Assembly: GCA_963806075.1 (NCBI GenBank)
Contig: CAWDWT010000023.1
Span: forward strand, 2,763-66,762
Length of the DNA stretch: 64,000 nucleotides
Origin: an uncultured Alphaproteobacteria bacterium
Lineage (GTDB): Bacteria; Pseudomonadota; Alphaproteobacteria; Rhizobiales; Xanthobacteraceae
Direction of reading: 5' to 3'
Shown: in pieces, positions 63,472 to 64,000 of the stretch
Position numbering within the stretch: the first letter of the stretch is position 1
Layout of the letters: each line of letters starts with the position of its first letter
Notes under the pieces: model-generated
The model's input: only the letters and a program-made list of their open reading frames with translations
Told to the model about the DNA's origin: nothing
Databases searched by the model: none
Position numbers and translations under genes: made by a program

Positions 63472-64000
63472 ATGAATACGCCGCCCTCCCGCATCGTCAC
63501 TCCCGAACGCCGCGGCGACGATGTCGGCGACACCGCGCTGCGCCCGCAATTGCTGTCGGAGTTCGTCGGGCAAGCGCAGGCGCGCGCCAACTTGTCGATC
63601 TTCATCGAGGCCGCGCGCAAGCGTAACGAGGCGCTCGATCACGTGCTGTTCGTCGGCCCTCCCGGCCTCGGCAAGACCACGCTGGCGCAGATCGTGGCGC
63701 GCGAACTCGGCGTCGGTTTTCGCGCCACCTCAGGCCCGGTGATCGCCAAGGCCGGCGATCTCGCCGCGCTGCTGACCAATCTCGAAGAGCGCGACGTGCT
63801 GTTCATCGACGAGATCCATCGCCTCAGTCCCGCGGTCGAGGAGGTGCTGTATCCGGCGATGGAGGATTTCCAGCTCGACCTCATCATCGGCGAGGGACCG
63901 GCGGCGCGCTCGGTCAAGATCGAGCTTGCAAAATTCACGCTGGTCGGCGCCACCACGCGCGCGGGTCTGCTGACCAATCCGCTGCGCGACCGGTTCGGCA
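63472..64000 (+). CDS. ruvB: Holliday junction DNA helicase RuvB, N-terminal part
   Basis: Manual translation: [59 protein letters not shown]. Confidence 0.96.
   Translation, partial: MNTPPSRIVTPERRGDDVGDTALRPQLLSEFVGQAQARANLSIFIEAARKRNEALDHVLFVGPPGLGKTTLAQIVARELGVGFRATSGPVIAKAGDLAALLTNLEERDVLFIDEIHRLSPAVEEVLYPAMEDFQLDLIIGEGPAARSVKIELAKFTLVGATTRAGLLTNPLRDRFG

Overview
GC-rich Hyphomicrobiales (Rhizobiales) DNA with many single-base indels, probably an unpolished long-read or metagenomic contig. The window looks like two unrelated loci joined at about 27,354-27,359, where a DUF459 gene runs in frame into a purE that lacks its N-terminus. The left half (1-27.36 kb) is very indel-rich and looks Roseiarcus/Beijerinckiaceae-like (inferred). 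It carries a UvrD-type helicase, an orphan Phd antitoxin, a Chloroflexus-type malyl-CoA lyase, hspQ, ialB, a family-5 solute-binding protein, DsbA/FrnE, MaoC plus a degenerate CitE, a hybrid kinase, a TetR-MFP-RND operon, an Fsr-type MFS, infC (ATT start), an AbrB-Doc toxin-antitoxin pair, hemW, P-II, SRAP, a LigD remnant, an LhgO-like oxidase, a small islet beside tRNA-Met, and purK/purE. The right half (27.36-64 kb) is a Bradyrhizobium-like core region: mltB, galU, two c-di-GMP enzymes, DUF1192, a BjrC1505-like sRNA, rcdA, rpmE, an MsbA-like ABC transporter, a MotA/MotB-like pair, an RND pump, suhB, Sel1, thiE-like, pgk, gap, tkt, DUF4164/zapA, an MFS, 6S RNA, ygfA, ymdB, a K+ channel, yebC and ruvCAB, with several palindromic repeat families between genes. 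I found no CRISPR array, intact transposase, integrase or clearly new multi-gene system. The most unusual signals are the junction/fusion, a repeat-derived ORF bridging ruvC and ruvA, a probable CitE pseudoenzyme, the orphan stator-like motor pair and the tRNA-adjacent islet. All family assignments come from motif recognition, not database searches.
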